Shown here: positions 37,571 to 54,000 of the stretch, piece after piece
How positions within the stretch are numbered: position 1 is the first letter of the stretch
Layout of the letters: the number at the start of each line of letters is the position of its first letter
Assembly: GCA_004022145.1 (NCBI GenBank)
Contig: RCNU01000002.1
Direction: 5' to 3' (one strand)
DNA: 64,000 bases
Origin: Paecilomyces variotii
Lineage: Eukaryota
Made by a program: the position numbers and the translations under genes
The notes under the pieces: model-generated
Databases searched by the model: none
Told to the model about the DNA's origin: nothing
The model's input: only the letters and a program-made list of their open reading frames with translations

Positions 37571-38882
37571 TTACCTCACATAGCCGCTGTCTGTAACAGG
37601 GTCAGCCTAATCACATTCATCGAGATTGCAATCTGAAGATACTCACCACAGACGATTGACTGTCCTGTCATGGATAAATTCTTTGCGATCATGGTGTACA
37701 AGTTAGCACAGTCCTCGAGGTCGGCCTATATCAGCGACGGTCAGTAATTGCAAGCCATTTCTTTTCCAATGAAGCATGACTTACCACATGCTTTAGCACA
37801 GTCTTGTCTACATAACCCTGAATCAGCTCGGGGGAAAATCGTTGGCCCTATTTGATAGTCAGCGCTTGATGACTTTCCGCATACTGTAAGATATAGTTGA
37901 AGCAGCGTACCCATTCAGTGAGGAGAAGTCCAGGCAACACAGCATTGATGCGGACCTTTTCCCCTTGCGTCTGCATTAGGCACTTCATGAGGTGCAGACC
38001 TGTGACATAGGATATTAGAAAACCGGAGGAATACGAGAAGTGGAAAGAAATTTACCTGCAGCTTTTGAGACAGAATATGCCATACTGCTTCCAGAGGCGG
38101 AGATACCCTATCAATGGTCAGCATTTTGAACTAATTGCATTCGTTGCCTTCTGTCATTACCGCAGTGGATGAAGTGATGATGAAGGCTCCACCATCAGGA
38201 TTTGTCTTGAAGGTTGGCAACGCCTCCCGGAAGAGATGCAGGTTGCCTTTCACGTTTGTTGCCCAGCACTAGTTGAGGTTAGTGAGGGAGTTGGCAACGG
38301 TGGGATTAGTGGTAGATACCTACCTTATCCCAGTCGTCCTCAGATAGCGCATCCAGATCGCCAAAGGAGGAGAATTTCGTCCAGCCCTTTTCACTATCAG
38401 TAAACATCCCGCAATGTTCGTATGCCGTAACCTTACAGCATTGGAAATGACAACGTCGAGTCCTCCCAATTGCTCAATAGTAGTCTTGATTGTCCTAATA
38501 CAATCGGCCTGAACCCCGGCGTCCTGGTTTATAGTAAGTATCGCGCCATGTTCAGAGGAAAATTCCTCCCTCTAGATCAATGAAATAGACACGAGGTTAT
38601 TCAACTTACACCCTGAATTATGATCGTCTTCACTTTGTACTGGGATTCGATCTTTGCCGCCGTCTCTTTGGCCCGTTGCTCATTGGACACATAATTAATC
38701 GCAATGTTCGAGCCCTCGGCCGCAAACTTCTCGGCTACAAGAGCTCCCAGCCCTCTATTAAGTCCAATCAGTATCAAGCGTGGATGTCTCTCTGTGCTTA
38801 ACCGGACCGCGACGATATATATATATACATACCTTGATCCTCCGGTAATCAACACGTTGCGGCCGCTTAATGAGTACGGCAT
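37571..38882 (-). CDS. Classical short-chain dehydrogenase/reductase, about 10 small exons
   Basis: TGGSR|GLG Rossmann motif, LDVVISNA|G, ITSSTA|G, catalytic YSVSK, VRINAVLPG, MTGQSIVC|DSG. Nine GT-AG introns are traceable; the 3' end is less certain. Confidence 0.88.
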
Positions 38883-39363
38883 TTTGTTTTGTTCTAAATA
38901 TCGTTGAAAGAATATATTTCAAATCAGTTTCGGAAATTCGGTCTGAAGAAGTGAACATCAGCTGCTTATTATAGGGCTTACCTCTAAGATACTGTACCCC
39001 TCGTGCGCACGTTATCTGCCCCGCAAGTGGAGAGCCGAAAATGGAGATCCGAATGGTTCGGACAAGCGTCCGCGGGTCTGGGGTAGGGAGCTCCGACACG
39101 GTAGTTGTGTGTCTATCAGTCTAGCAAAGATACTGACGGAATCAGATGGTCTGGTGTTGTGCATGTCTTTTGCCATGACACAATATTCCTATTTAGTTCA
39201 CAATGATTATCTAGGGTTTCTTTTGATATTATGCCAATGCAACTAGTACGAGAATTGTAAGAGGGCTATGATTCCATACATTTGTGATCTTGATTGTCCG
39301 AATGGACCTGGTATTGGGAACTGTGTTATTAATATTATTGCTTCGTAATAGAGCTAGCCACGT

Positions 39364-40337
39364 TCAGTACACAAGGGTCCCAACATATTGCGTTTCCCGC
39401 ATGCCTTTCCATGCTCGCCTCCCAGCAAGGGCAGGCCATTGGACAAGAAACCTGTCTACAAAAGGCAATAGGATCTTTCCTGACAGACTCAGTGTCGTGA
39501 CACGAGCCCAGGACTCCACAAATATGGTGCGTAGGGGAGCGGGTGACAGTTCTTTACTCTCAGAACCCACACATTGCCCACTTGGGCTCTGGAGAGAACG
39601 AGAAGGCCGTGAGAAGGTGTAATTTAGAAGACGAAGAAGCTTCGCTGCGAGTATGACGCATACGGCTGTAGCGGGGCCATTCGTTAGTATCAGGTCAGGA
39701 TACGTAGACGCCGCCTTTCTTTTGAATGATCTTTGGTCCGGATGGGCTCCACGGAGAACCTGCAGACACGCCCAAAAGCATTGAAGAGTCGAAAAGGGTG
39801 CCGTAAGGAAAGATTGATGGACGCGGCGAGCACGGGGGACTGTAATAATGATATACGAGTCCGACTGTAGAGAAGAGGCGTCGTCGTCGTGTTTCTCCCC
39901 ATCCGCATGATCATGGTGCCCGTTCCCTTTGAGCTCTTCCTCGAATTCCAGGGCTTTCCTTGCGCTGAAGCTGTCACCGGAGCTAACGACATACGTTCGA
40001 TATGTATAAATCGTCGGATCTAGAGGCATACATCTTAACATAGAAAACATCTCTGTGGTATGGCCGCCACTGCCCAGCACGACCAGTAGATGTGTCGGTG
40101 TGTGTCGACGTCGACATTTTGGGACAGGACCTCGCTGAGATATCGCAAGCGCGCGGGCGAAGACCTAACGATCTGGGTATCAGAGTTGCGATTCAAGTGG
40201 GTGTGTGCTTTGGGATAGAGTCTGGTTTCACTCACAAGAATGGAAAGCGTCGCGAGGACAATGACCAGGGCCAAAAGACCAGCCAGCAATGTCGCAGACC
40301 GCTGGGGCCAAGGCACAGTAGGTTCCCACTGCATCAT
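39364..40337 (-). CDS. ALG14: UDP-N-acetylglucosamine transferase subunit Alg14, 2 exons
   Basis: N-terminal TM, HLLVVLGSGGHTTEM, VPRARRVHQS, PDLILTNGPATAV, IFVESWARVTTLSLSGKIL, FLVQWP. Confidence 0.95.
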
Positions 40338-40798
40338 GGATGGAAAGCTCAATCAAACGACAGGAGAAAATGAACCAGGCCCAACTCGAGAATTAGTCAC
40401 TCAGCGCATCGAAGTACAGTACATTGCCCAAGTATCCTTTGTGTTAGTTCCGCTTGGCGACAATAAGAGCATTCATGGATCCATCAATGGGGGGTCAATG
40501 GGAATTTCAAGTGTTGGTGAGCGTGGAGTAATATACTCCTAGAGAATGACCACCCAGCTGGCACCCTAAACCATCGTCTGCTCGTTACAAACACCAGAAA
40601 GTTGTCGTATATCCGATAATAGAGGACTGTTCCTGATCGCATGAAGATCGCTCCACACGTGTCTTGGTCTGTGCGGCTCGGCGATTAATTCTCCTGTTGC
40701 CTTAACTCCTGCCTTGTTTTCTTACGCAACGCCTCGGAGACCAAGTCGCATAACAACGACAAGAGGGTCGCTTTCCTGCTGGTTCTGTATAGGACAAG

Positions 40799-43562
40799 AT
40801 GGCGGCCATCTTTCAGAAGCGGCTGCGGTGCTTCTACTGTGGGCGGCGTTCTGCGCAAGCCGATAAAGGGCTCGTCCGCAGATGGCACTGCAAACATTGC
40901 GAAGCAGTAAACTATCTAGACGAGGTTTGTGTTGTCGCGACACTGCTTATTCTGCGATTTCCTTCTGGTTAAAGATTCTTTCTCTGATTTTCTCTTGACT
41001 CTAGAATGGCGAAATTACCGATCCTCCTGCTGCGGAGACGAATCCTGAAGTATACGGTCCTGGAGCATCAAGCCCGCCATTCGAATCAGTAAACTTCGCC
41101 GACTCGAGTCTGTTCTGTTCGAAGTGTCTGAGAAACCAGCATCTTTTTACGAGCGCTTTGGCGTCTTATTTTCCGGCCCCGGAGGACCCGGCATACGCCG
41201 CGTACGAACGGGAATATCCTAAATTTCGCCAGAACCTCGAGGAGAGATACCCGCAAGTATGTCAGAACTGCGAACCGCGCGTTAGGGAGCGCATCCGTCA
41301 GGCAGGGTACGAGGCAAAGTCAGACCACCTCAGGCGGATGATGGAGCGCAGCAAGACAGGGAGGGTAGCGCGAAAAGCACGCAACAGGAACTGGAGGAGT
41401 CTGCTAGTCTTTGCGGGTGCCTTGGGGTACTGGGCTAGTGTCGCTGGTCAACTCGCCTGGAGTATCATGGGCTCTCTGAATGCGGAGAATGCGCCATCTG
41501 ATTGCGGTGATGCGCTTACTCTCTCATCCTTTGCAGCATGCGTCACTCAGTCGGTCATAACGCGACGAGTTGACGATTACTGTTCAGCCGGTCTTGCTTC
41601 TTACGCTGGCATAGCTCTCCTCTTGGGAATTCTGTCGCTCTGGTGGAATCCCAAGCTGCGTTTCAAGGTAGAAGGGAGGACTGGTAGATTTGTCGGGCTG
41701 GGAGAGTATTATAAGGTGCAACTCATCGTAATGGTCCTGAGATCTGCCTTTTGGGCTGTGCTGAAGGACCCTTCGACGAGTGGTTTACGTGCAGACCTCC
41801 CACCAGCTCTGCATGCATTCATGATAGCTTTTACGATCCTGGTAAGTATTACTATTCATTACTATCATCTTGCGCTGTGCCAATGATCTGACGAATCTAG
41901 TCTGTCATTGTATCTCGACGGGTTGTCCGATATGACAGTCGACCGCTTGTCTTGTGGTCGGACACTCCTTCGGCGACCCCAAACCGCAAACCTGACACCT
42001 CTGGCCTGGCTTCAACAGGCGATGTTAAGTCTACTCCCTTCGGAGGGTCGAAAACCGAGCAGCCACTGCCGCGTTTCCCCTTCGAAAAGCTCGTATCTGC
42101 GCCCCCTGCCCCAAGGGGTGAACCGGCCATTCCTCCAACTCCTCCTCCGGAAGTTGAAGACATGGATTGGACACCGTCATTGCGGGAGGAGATCAAGCCC
42201 ATTTTCAGTGTCTATGAAAAAGAGAAAAAATCCGTTCTCGACGGGCCTTTACCCTTCACGGGAACGTTGCCGCCCGCACCAAAACCTCCTTCATGGCAGC
42301 TTCGGAATCCAGCTCCTCAGAAGCCGGTTGAGCGAATCGTTCAGCCAAATCCTTTCAATCGCACCCCAACCCAAAACGCCGAATGGGGACGCAGCAGGGA
42401 TAGGAGTAGCTCTGATGTTGTCTTTGCGCCACCTAGATTCTTTCCTGCCAGTGATCGTGGTGTTACAGGACTCGAATCTTTGTTTGATCGAACATTCACC
42501 ATCAAGTCTCCAGAGGAAGAAAGGGATGACGACTGGCAGCGAATGCAGAATATGACGATGGCTGCGCCATCAAATGTTGAAGTCCCTATTCTTTTTGCTT
42601 ATCTGAGACTTGGTCTCCTGGTTTCGTCTCTTTTCGCCTGGTTCCTTTCTGAAACCGAACATCTGTCACTTCCGGGAGACTATGTTGAGGTGGCATCCCT
42701 AGGGAGCGCAAGTCTTATTGCTGGATTCGCGCTCCTGGAGATACTGAAGCGACCAATGACACAATGGAACGGAATGGAGATCCTCGTATCGACGGCAGAG
42801 CTTGTTGCAGCTGTCCATTTAGGGGCCAATCTGCCGGGCATGTCGTTTGAAAGAGCATACTTCGACCGATACGGGAAATCGCTTTTGGTGTTTATGATCG
42901 CTCAGGAGGTGCTTGGTCTGCTTTCCGCTCGTCAAAGGATCGAACCCAATCCCGGAACGCAGTCACAACCTGCATCTACCGCATCCCCCAGTCCTCAGCT
43001 CCAGAGCGCAAACTTCAGCGCGAGCTTCACTGGCGATGCACCAAGTGCAATTGCACCGAGTGGCTCTCAGCCTTTCTCCAACCAGTCATTCTCTAACCAG
43101 TCATCCGCCCCTTCCCTCTCTTTTACTGCACCCACGCTCAGTCCCAGCCTTTCATCGCAGCCTTCGTTTCGATCACAGCAGCCGTACCAACCATATAGCC
43201 TTGGCTACAATGGTGGCTCCAGCTTTTTATCGAATGGTGTCAACGACCATGATAACGACTCCGATGTCACTGATCCTCTGGAGCCTGACTCGGACACGGA
43301 GACTATAGCAACCACCATTACGACTGCCAGCCACCACACGGCAATCAGAAACATGCGCCTCTTTAGGGACGACGATTCTGAAAGTGTTCCTAGCCCCAGA
43401 CGTGCTCTGGGTAAGGGTATCAGCGGTCTTAGTCTCGACGATAATCCCAACTCATCTCGTCGGACGACTCGGAGTCAGACGAAGCAAAGGGCCCAAGGCC
43501 AGACAAGTGGTTATCGCAGGTATCCTCAGCGTGGAAGCAAACAGAGCCTCTCCAAATCATGA
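40799..43562 (+). CDS. IMA1: Inner nuclear membrane protein Ima1 (Samp1/TMEM201 family), 3 exons
   Basis: CxxC pairs RCFYCG, WHCKHCEAVNYLDE|NGEITDPP, FCSKCLRNQ, LEERYPQVCQNC, several TM segments, and a MDWTPS motif. Introns at about 40925-41004 and 41842-41900. Confidence 0.88.
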
Positions 43563-44049
43563 CGATATCTTTCTTCTCTTTCTCTTTCAAGTTTATTTCA
43601 GTTTGGGCAGACCTGGAGTTTCTGTGGGACAAATTTCTTTTTTTCGAAGGCGCAATGCAATACTTTGCATGGAATTAAATATCGACGACTCGAACCAGCG
43701 GCACTACGCTTACGAATTTATTGTTTTATTCTGTTTTACTTATCTTATGACGACACCCTTGCATGTACTGGATCCGGACTGGATGGGGAGCGAAGCTTTT
43801 TATTTGAAGTATGTTGGAAGATTGTATTGTTTGGAAATCAGGATGTTGCGGGAAACGAGAAAGGAGTGCTAGCGATGTCACCGTGCCTTGCTAGCTTAAC
43901 TTAGGGACTTGTATATAGCAGATTGGAATCGAATGGAATTAGAACCTCGGCATTTGACTGGAACTGAAGCTCTAGAGCACCAAGGACAGAAACGTATCGT
44001 CAATCCTGAAACAAAATGCCTTTCTTTGACAATCTATACCGAACAGAAA

Positions 44050-45979
<1,930 letters not shown>

Positions 45980-46307
45980 TGTAGTTCATTCAAAGGAAGT
46001 CTGTTAGACCTCCTGCTCTGAGAATTCGGGGGAACGGCTCGTACGGTATGTTGTTATCCAAGGAAGAATAACAGAAAGAGCTTATAAGTGTATATTAAAA
46101 TACTATCAGGGCTAAAGGCTTGACCTCTGAGTAATAAAGAAGGGGAAACAGAAAGCTTTAACAGACAAGGAATATGATCATATACATCCAGTACAGCTTC
46201 ACGTCCCCCTCAGAAATTATGAGTCGGGAGGCGTCTCTTGCGCTCAACCAGTAAGCAGATACTAGCTAGATGCTACATTTTGTCATGTGTGGCAGCTGGA
46301 GGGATTA

Positions 46308-46728
46308 CTCCGCGTATCCTAGTGAAATTCCGGGGTCTGCATGGCCCAGTTCTGCCGGTAATACTTACCAAGTCGGGAGTCATGTCGACCTGGATATCCG
46401 GTTAAAACCCTCAATGTCGTCCATGGATAACTGGGGCAAATATATCCAACCAAGATCAGAGAACTGCGTAGATATTGAGGTCCCCTTGCGCGAAAAGATC
46501 ACATTGAGTCACCGAATGAGCCCTGTTTTCATGCCATGACCGCCATAGATGCATACGTCCGTTTAGACTTTGCGCTTTCTGGGGAGCATCTGGGGAACAT
46601 ACAGCCTGAACCCCAACGGGATGAGCTTCAGCACGGGCCGTCAAACCTAGCTCAATATCGCAAATCTCGTTTCTGCAGTATCATTTAACTTTTGCGGGGA
46701 AAGAAGGTCTGCGTGTGGGGTTGCGGGG
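46308..46728. promoter_or_regulatory. Cluster of eight CreA/Mig1-type SYGGRG sites upstream of the MFS transporter
   Basis: CTCCGC at 46308, CCGGGG at 46330, CTGGGG at 46431, 46579 and 46590, GCGGGG at 46694 and 46723, GTGGGG at 46715. Confidence 0.55.
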
Positions 46729-47041
46729 ATTGGCGCGAAATCAACATACATTCTTCCGTCAATTGCACACGAGCATTGTGAGTCTTGGAGCATCTGTACC
46801 ACACGAAGCTTGGATAACAAGACGTCTTATCAGGTGGTACATGGCTTCCAGGTCATCCAAGAGAGGATACAGTTCGAATGGGAACAGATATAAGAATATT
46901 TTGTTACTAGAATTGGAATGTACAGATACAAATAAAACGAAGCTACATTTCAATTGATAGTGAAACCAGACAGAAGTAAAAGAACCGAGTAGTGCACTAT
47001 ATTGTGTAACTTAAATAGATAGTTTTCGAGAACCATCAATC

Positions 47042-49146
<2,105 letters not shown>

Positions 49147-50092
49147 TCAATTAACTTGCACTAATTCATATAGAAAAAAACATAATGTTAAATAGCTCGG
49201 AAGATTCCTCATAAACAGAATATGTCGCTCGATACTGTAGAGCCGTCAGCGCGCAATAATTTTGACCCCTCCACCCCTCCGTCCTACGACAGATAATCTG
49301 CTCGGATATTACACTGCCGAAGCTCTAGGAGCTCTCACGTTGACCATTGTGCTGCAATGTCGATTTTCCCGCTACTTGCATATGCAGAATTCTGCTGACA
49401 ATCGTAGATCTGTTGGTAGCTACATGGTGACTGGACATTGATCTTCCGCGTGAGGTAGGACAGAGAGGAAAGGACGGCCGCTGATTGATGGAATAATATC
49501 AATTTTTTGTATTTATCCGGAAATACTTCTTTGAGGTGGATATATAGAGTGCGGGGGGAATGTCCGCGACAGTTACTGAAAATTAGCCTGATTGGAAATA
49601 CCCCTTGAGTTGATGTACATGCATGTATTCTTCTTAGCAGTTTCCATCCGTGGCTAGAAACATGATGTCATGTAACTTGCACACTAATTCTAGCCTGATA
49701 TGGTCGGTCTAACATACCTAGGTAGATTATGAGGACTACGCTCTTGGATTAAATGTTCATGGCGTTTCTGCGTTTCATTGGCCGCTGAGAGCTCCGTGAC
49801 CGCACGGTCTATACTTCGAAAAGTACTGGTAGATTTGGTGTGAAATCGGCGGGAGCTCTACTAGAGTCATCCATATCCTCATCAAAAATAGCAGAGGGAT
49901 CTAACTTGTGAAGATCGAAGCATGCCAGGAAAGATAACTGCATAGGCACAGGAAACAACGATGTTGCTATTTCGCTTGAAATCTTGAACTGAGAGAAAAT
50001 CCCCGATTCCATTTTGACATTAATAAGATAAACGCCGTCATTCTATGTCGAAATGTTTTTGATATCTCTAGGTTGATCCGATTCGAACGATC

Positions 50093-51441
50093 TCACTTTT
50101 CCGTAGTAGGTCTGACCGGGACAGTCTTGGACAACGGGGGCAGCCGGTTCCTGGCAGCTTCCCTTGCATTCTGAGCCATCAAGGCGTCAATGATAACGAG
50201 TGAAGACATCGCCTCGACAATCGGGACAGCACGTGGGACAACGCAAGGATCATGTCGTCCCTTGGCCTCCAACACGCCCTCCTCAAGATCGTAGGTGGCA
50301 GTGGTTTGAGCCTGGCCGATAGTCGCAGGAGGCTTGAAGGCAACACGGAAGTAGATCGATGCGCCGTTCGAGATACCACCTTGGATACCGCCAGAGTTGT
50401 TGGTCTTAGTCGTCAAGCGCGGCTTCTTTCCGGTACCTGCACCCGCCTCGTTCTCGGCAACCTCAGGTGCAACGATGAAGGGATCATTGTGAATAGATCC
50501 AGCAACCTCACAGCCCCCGAAACCAGATCCAATTTCAAATCCCTTGGTAGCTGGAATACTGAGCATGGCGTGGGCCAGCTTAGCCTCCAGCTTGTCGAAG
50601 CAAGGCTCGCCGAGACCGACTGGCACGTTTCTGATCACGCAAGTCACGGTTCCTCCGATGCTGTCCTGGTTGTCACGGAAAGTCTCAATCACCTTTTGCA
50701 TTCGGTCAGATGCCTCCTTGTTGGGGCAGCGGACTGGTGCAAAGGAGTCGACAGTTTGGCGGTCGATCTTTTCGATGAGCTTCAAAAACTCCGGGTTTGT
50801 TGAAGACGAAGGATGTTCGGGGGTAGGAGGGAAGAGGTATTCATTGCCCACGGAAGAGACGAATGCCACGATCTCGACGTTGTGAGCCAGCTTCAGGTAC
50901 TTCTCCGCAATGGCACCAGCAGCGACACGACCTTTCGTCAAAGTCAGCAACATGTCCCCGTCAACCAGACCTGCAGTTCATTAGCCCACGTACCGATGGT
51001 CTCACGCGCACTACTCCGTCCTCCACCGCTGCTGGCCTTGACACCGTACTTCTCCAGGTAAGTGAAATCCGCATGGCTGGGTCGCGGGTAGAGGTCCATG
51101 GTGCTGTTTCCGTAGTCCTTCGGCCTCTGATCCTCGTTACGGACGATCATACCGATAGGTGTTCCGAGAGTGACGCCAAACTCTGTCCCGGACTGGATCT
51201 CAACTCTGTCCTTCTCATTTCTGGGAGTCGTGAGAGCACTCTGGCCCGGTCTGCGGCGGGTCATCTGAGGCTGGATATCATCCTCCGTGAGTTCCATCCC
51301 TGGGGGACAGCCATCGACGATACAGCCGACAGAGCGGCAATGCGATTCACCATAGCTGAAAATATGTCAGTAGAGTAAGAGATCCCTAGGGTATTTCATG
51401 ACGCACGTGGTGACTCTGAAATATTCGCCCCAAGTCGACAT
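50093..51441 (-). CDS. aroC: Chorismate synthase, 3 exons
   Basis: [87 protein letters not shown]. Confidence 0.98.
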
Positions 51442-51765
51442 GGTGTCGGTTGTTCTGGGACCAGTTCGACTCGAATGACAATAGATAAAAGGCCGGCCAA
51501 GATTGAGAGGCGAATTGAAGCTCTCCCAAATGCGTATGTACAAAGAGAACCGGTCAGCTCTGATATATCCAGACAGGAAACAATCGAGTCATATTGCGGA
51601 GGGACAAAAAAGTCCGCGGGGCAAGGATTCTATTTCGGGGTTAGCGTGGAATTGGCCCGCCGACCTTCGGAGATCCGTCTTCTTACCTAAACCGGATATA
51701 ATCAAGTTAGCTAGTTAACTTCAGATCGTAAGATGGATCGATACTCATAGGCTCGTCCTCTCTCA

Positions 51766-53339
51766 ATGCTTCCATCGCGGCGACTACCATGCCTGCCATG
51801 GATTCTTCCAGCGCATGGCCCCCATAGGACCGTCAGGCCTGGCGTCTTCCTCCGGAGGAATTCGTCTTTTGCTTCCTCGCAGTTTCCGGAGCTCGCAAGC
51901 CGCGAATCGTCCCGGCATCAGATATATCAATCGCTGTCGACAGATCCCTTCGTGAACCTTTCCATTGAGCATTTCCTCCTGCAGAACACGCCACAAGATT
52001 CCAAGATCCTATTCCTCTATATCAACAGACCGTGCGTTGTCATTGGCCGCAACCAGAACCCATGGCTAGAGACGAACCTTGGGGTTCTGCAGCAGGATCG
52101 CATCGGCAACGGCGACGCAGAGACGGATCAAACAGACGATGTGCTCTACGTCCGGAGAAGGTCAGGTGGTGGTGCCGTTTTCCACGATGAAGGGAACCTG
52201 AACTACGGCGTAATCTCCCCGCGAGACGCTTTCACCCGGGATAAGCATGCGGAGATGGTGGTGCGAGCACTACATCGGATCGGGGCCACAAATACCAGCG
52301 TGAACGAGCGACATGATATCGTTCTCAGACAAAATGTTCCCGAAGCTATCAGACAGAGCTCAACCGCCACCGTGGAGGATCCACCAAAGGAGGCTTCTGC
52401 GCAGGCGCTCAAGATCTCCGGATCCGCATTCAAATTGACTAGATTCCGCGCTCTCCATCATGGTACATGTTTGTTGGACTCGCCCAATATTCGTAATCTA
52501 GGATTTTTCCTCCGGTCTCCAGCCAGACCATATATCAAAGCGAAAGGCGTGGAGAGCGTCAGGTCTCCCGTTGGGAACGTCTCTGCTTCGCTGGCCGATT
52601 CCCTAACTCCGTTCTCTATCCAAGGAGTAATGTCGAGCGTCATACAAGAATTCGGTCGACTATACGGCGTCAACCCAGATGCAATCCTAAGAGCGAACCG
52701 TGCTTGCCATACGAACGAACCCGAACTATACGCAGGAGATGACTGGGTGGCAGGAACAGTGGGGGATCCTCAGGCGTTGGACGTACCCGATATCCAGAAA
52801 GGCATTACTGAGCTGAGGGTGAGCACACATCTACGCTCATGAGAAGTGACAAAACAACCAAAAAGACTAACTCTGTTTTGCCCACCAACATAGTCCCTCG
52901 ACTGGAAATACCTCCAGACACCCCAATTCACCTTTTCCACCCATCCGATTGACGAGGACCCACGTCCAAGACCATCTTTACCACCTACCCTTCCCCCATC
53001 GGTAAGATTTAACAACTGCCTTTCCTGCTGGAATTTTTGATTTCCGACACCCTCTCCCTAACATATCCTCCTCAGACACGAATCTTCCTCCGTCTCAAAC
53101 ACGGCTCCGTTCTCGAAAGTCACATCTCCCTATCATCCGACTTGGTCATAGCAGAGACACAGGCCCATCGTGTCCACGAGGCGCTGAATGGACGGAATTT
53201 GCACGAGCTCTCAATGCATGATTGGCAAGCAGCCTTGGAGTCTCTGCGCGAGTCTGATGAAGATGATGTAGATATAGCAGACCAGGTGCGCCACTTAGCA
53301 GAGTTTATCGGGACGAAATTTGGCGCGAGGTCATCGTAG
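51766..53339 (+). CDS. AIM22: Mitochondrial lipoate-protein ligase / lipoyltransferase (LplA family), 3 exons
   Basis: [73 protein letters not shown]. Confidence 0.92.
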
Positions 53340-53541
53340 AGATTCTCGTCGTGTGTAATGGAATTTGGATGAGTGATGGGGTTATTATAGAGGGCTTTCT
53401 TACTGATGGACATGTAGAATACTGTACAATACTAAATAATGGCCTATTTCCCACTGTGTACATATTCTATTTGCAATCTGTTACCTTGTACGAAACGAGA
53501 TCTTGAGTACGAAATGACATACGGAAAATTCTTTATGCAAT

Positions 53542-53542
<1 letters not shown>

Positions 53543-53577
<35 letters not shown>
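53543..53577. repeat. Poly(dA:dT) tract, 35 nt, between convergent genes
   Basis: Uninterrupted A run counted from the sequence. Confidence 0.95.
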
Positions 53578-53580
<3 letters not shown>

Positions 53581-54000
53581 AATAGTCAGAAAAATAGCAA
53601 ACATTCGCCAAATCCATCAAGTTGTGATAAGTATGCGCCATTCAAAAAAAACTCATCGGTCATTTTAACCCATCGAAACATGAACAGGTGCAGAGTCCGC
53701 CTTCCAAGAGCCAGCCGTTGTCTCAAAAATTGGAACCGAAACGGCTCCGGAGAGGCATAAGCGTAATCATACCGTAGGTTCCAAGTAAGTATGCACATGT
53801 CAAATGGAGCCGGCAGGTGCGAAGACATCCTATGAACCGAAGACCAGGGGCTCCAGGAGGGACTCTGCAGCTTCACCAACACGCCAAACAAATTCAAACT
53901 GCGCGAAAAAGGATATCAAAAATATGAAAAATAAGATAGAAACATGAATTTAGACAAGAAGGGTAATTCGTCTGGAATATCGCTGTCAAGGTGGACTGAT

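Noticed and set aside
53543..53577. Retroposon (LINE/SINE) tail
   Set aside because: No target-site duplication and no RT or tRNA-derived head adjacent to the A run.
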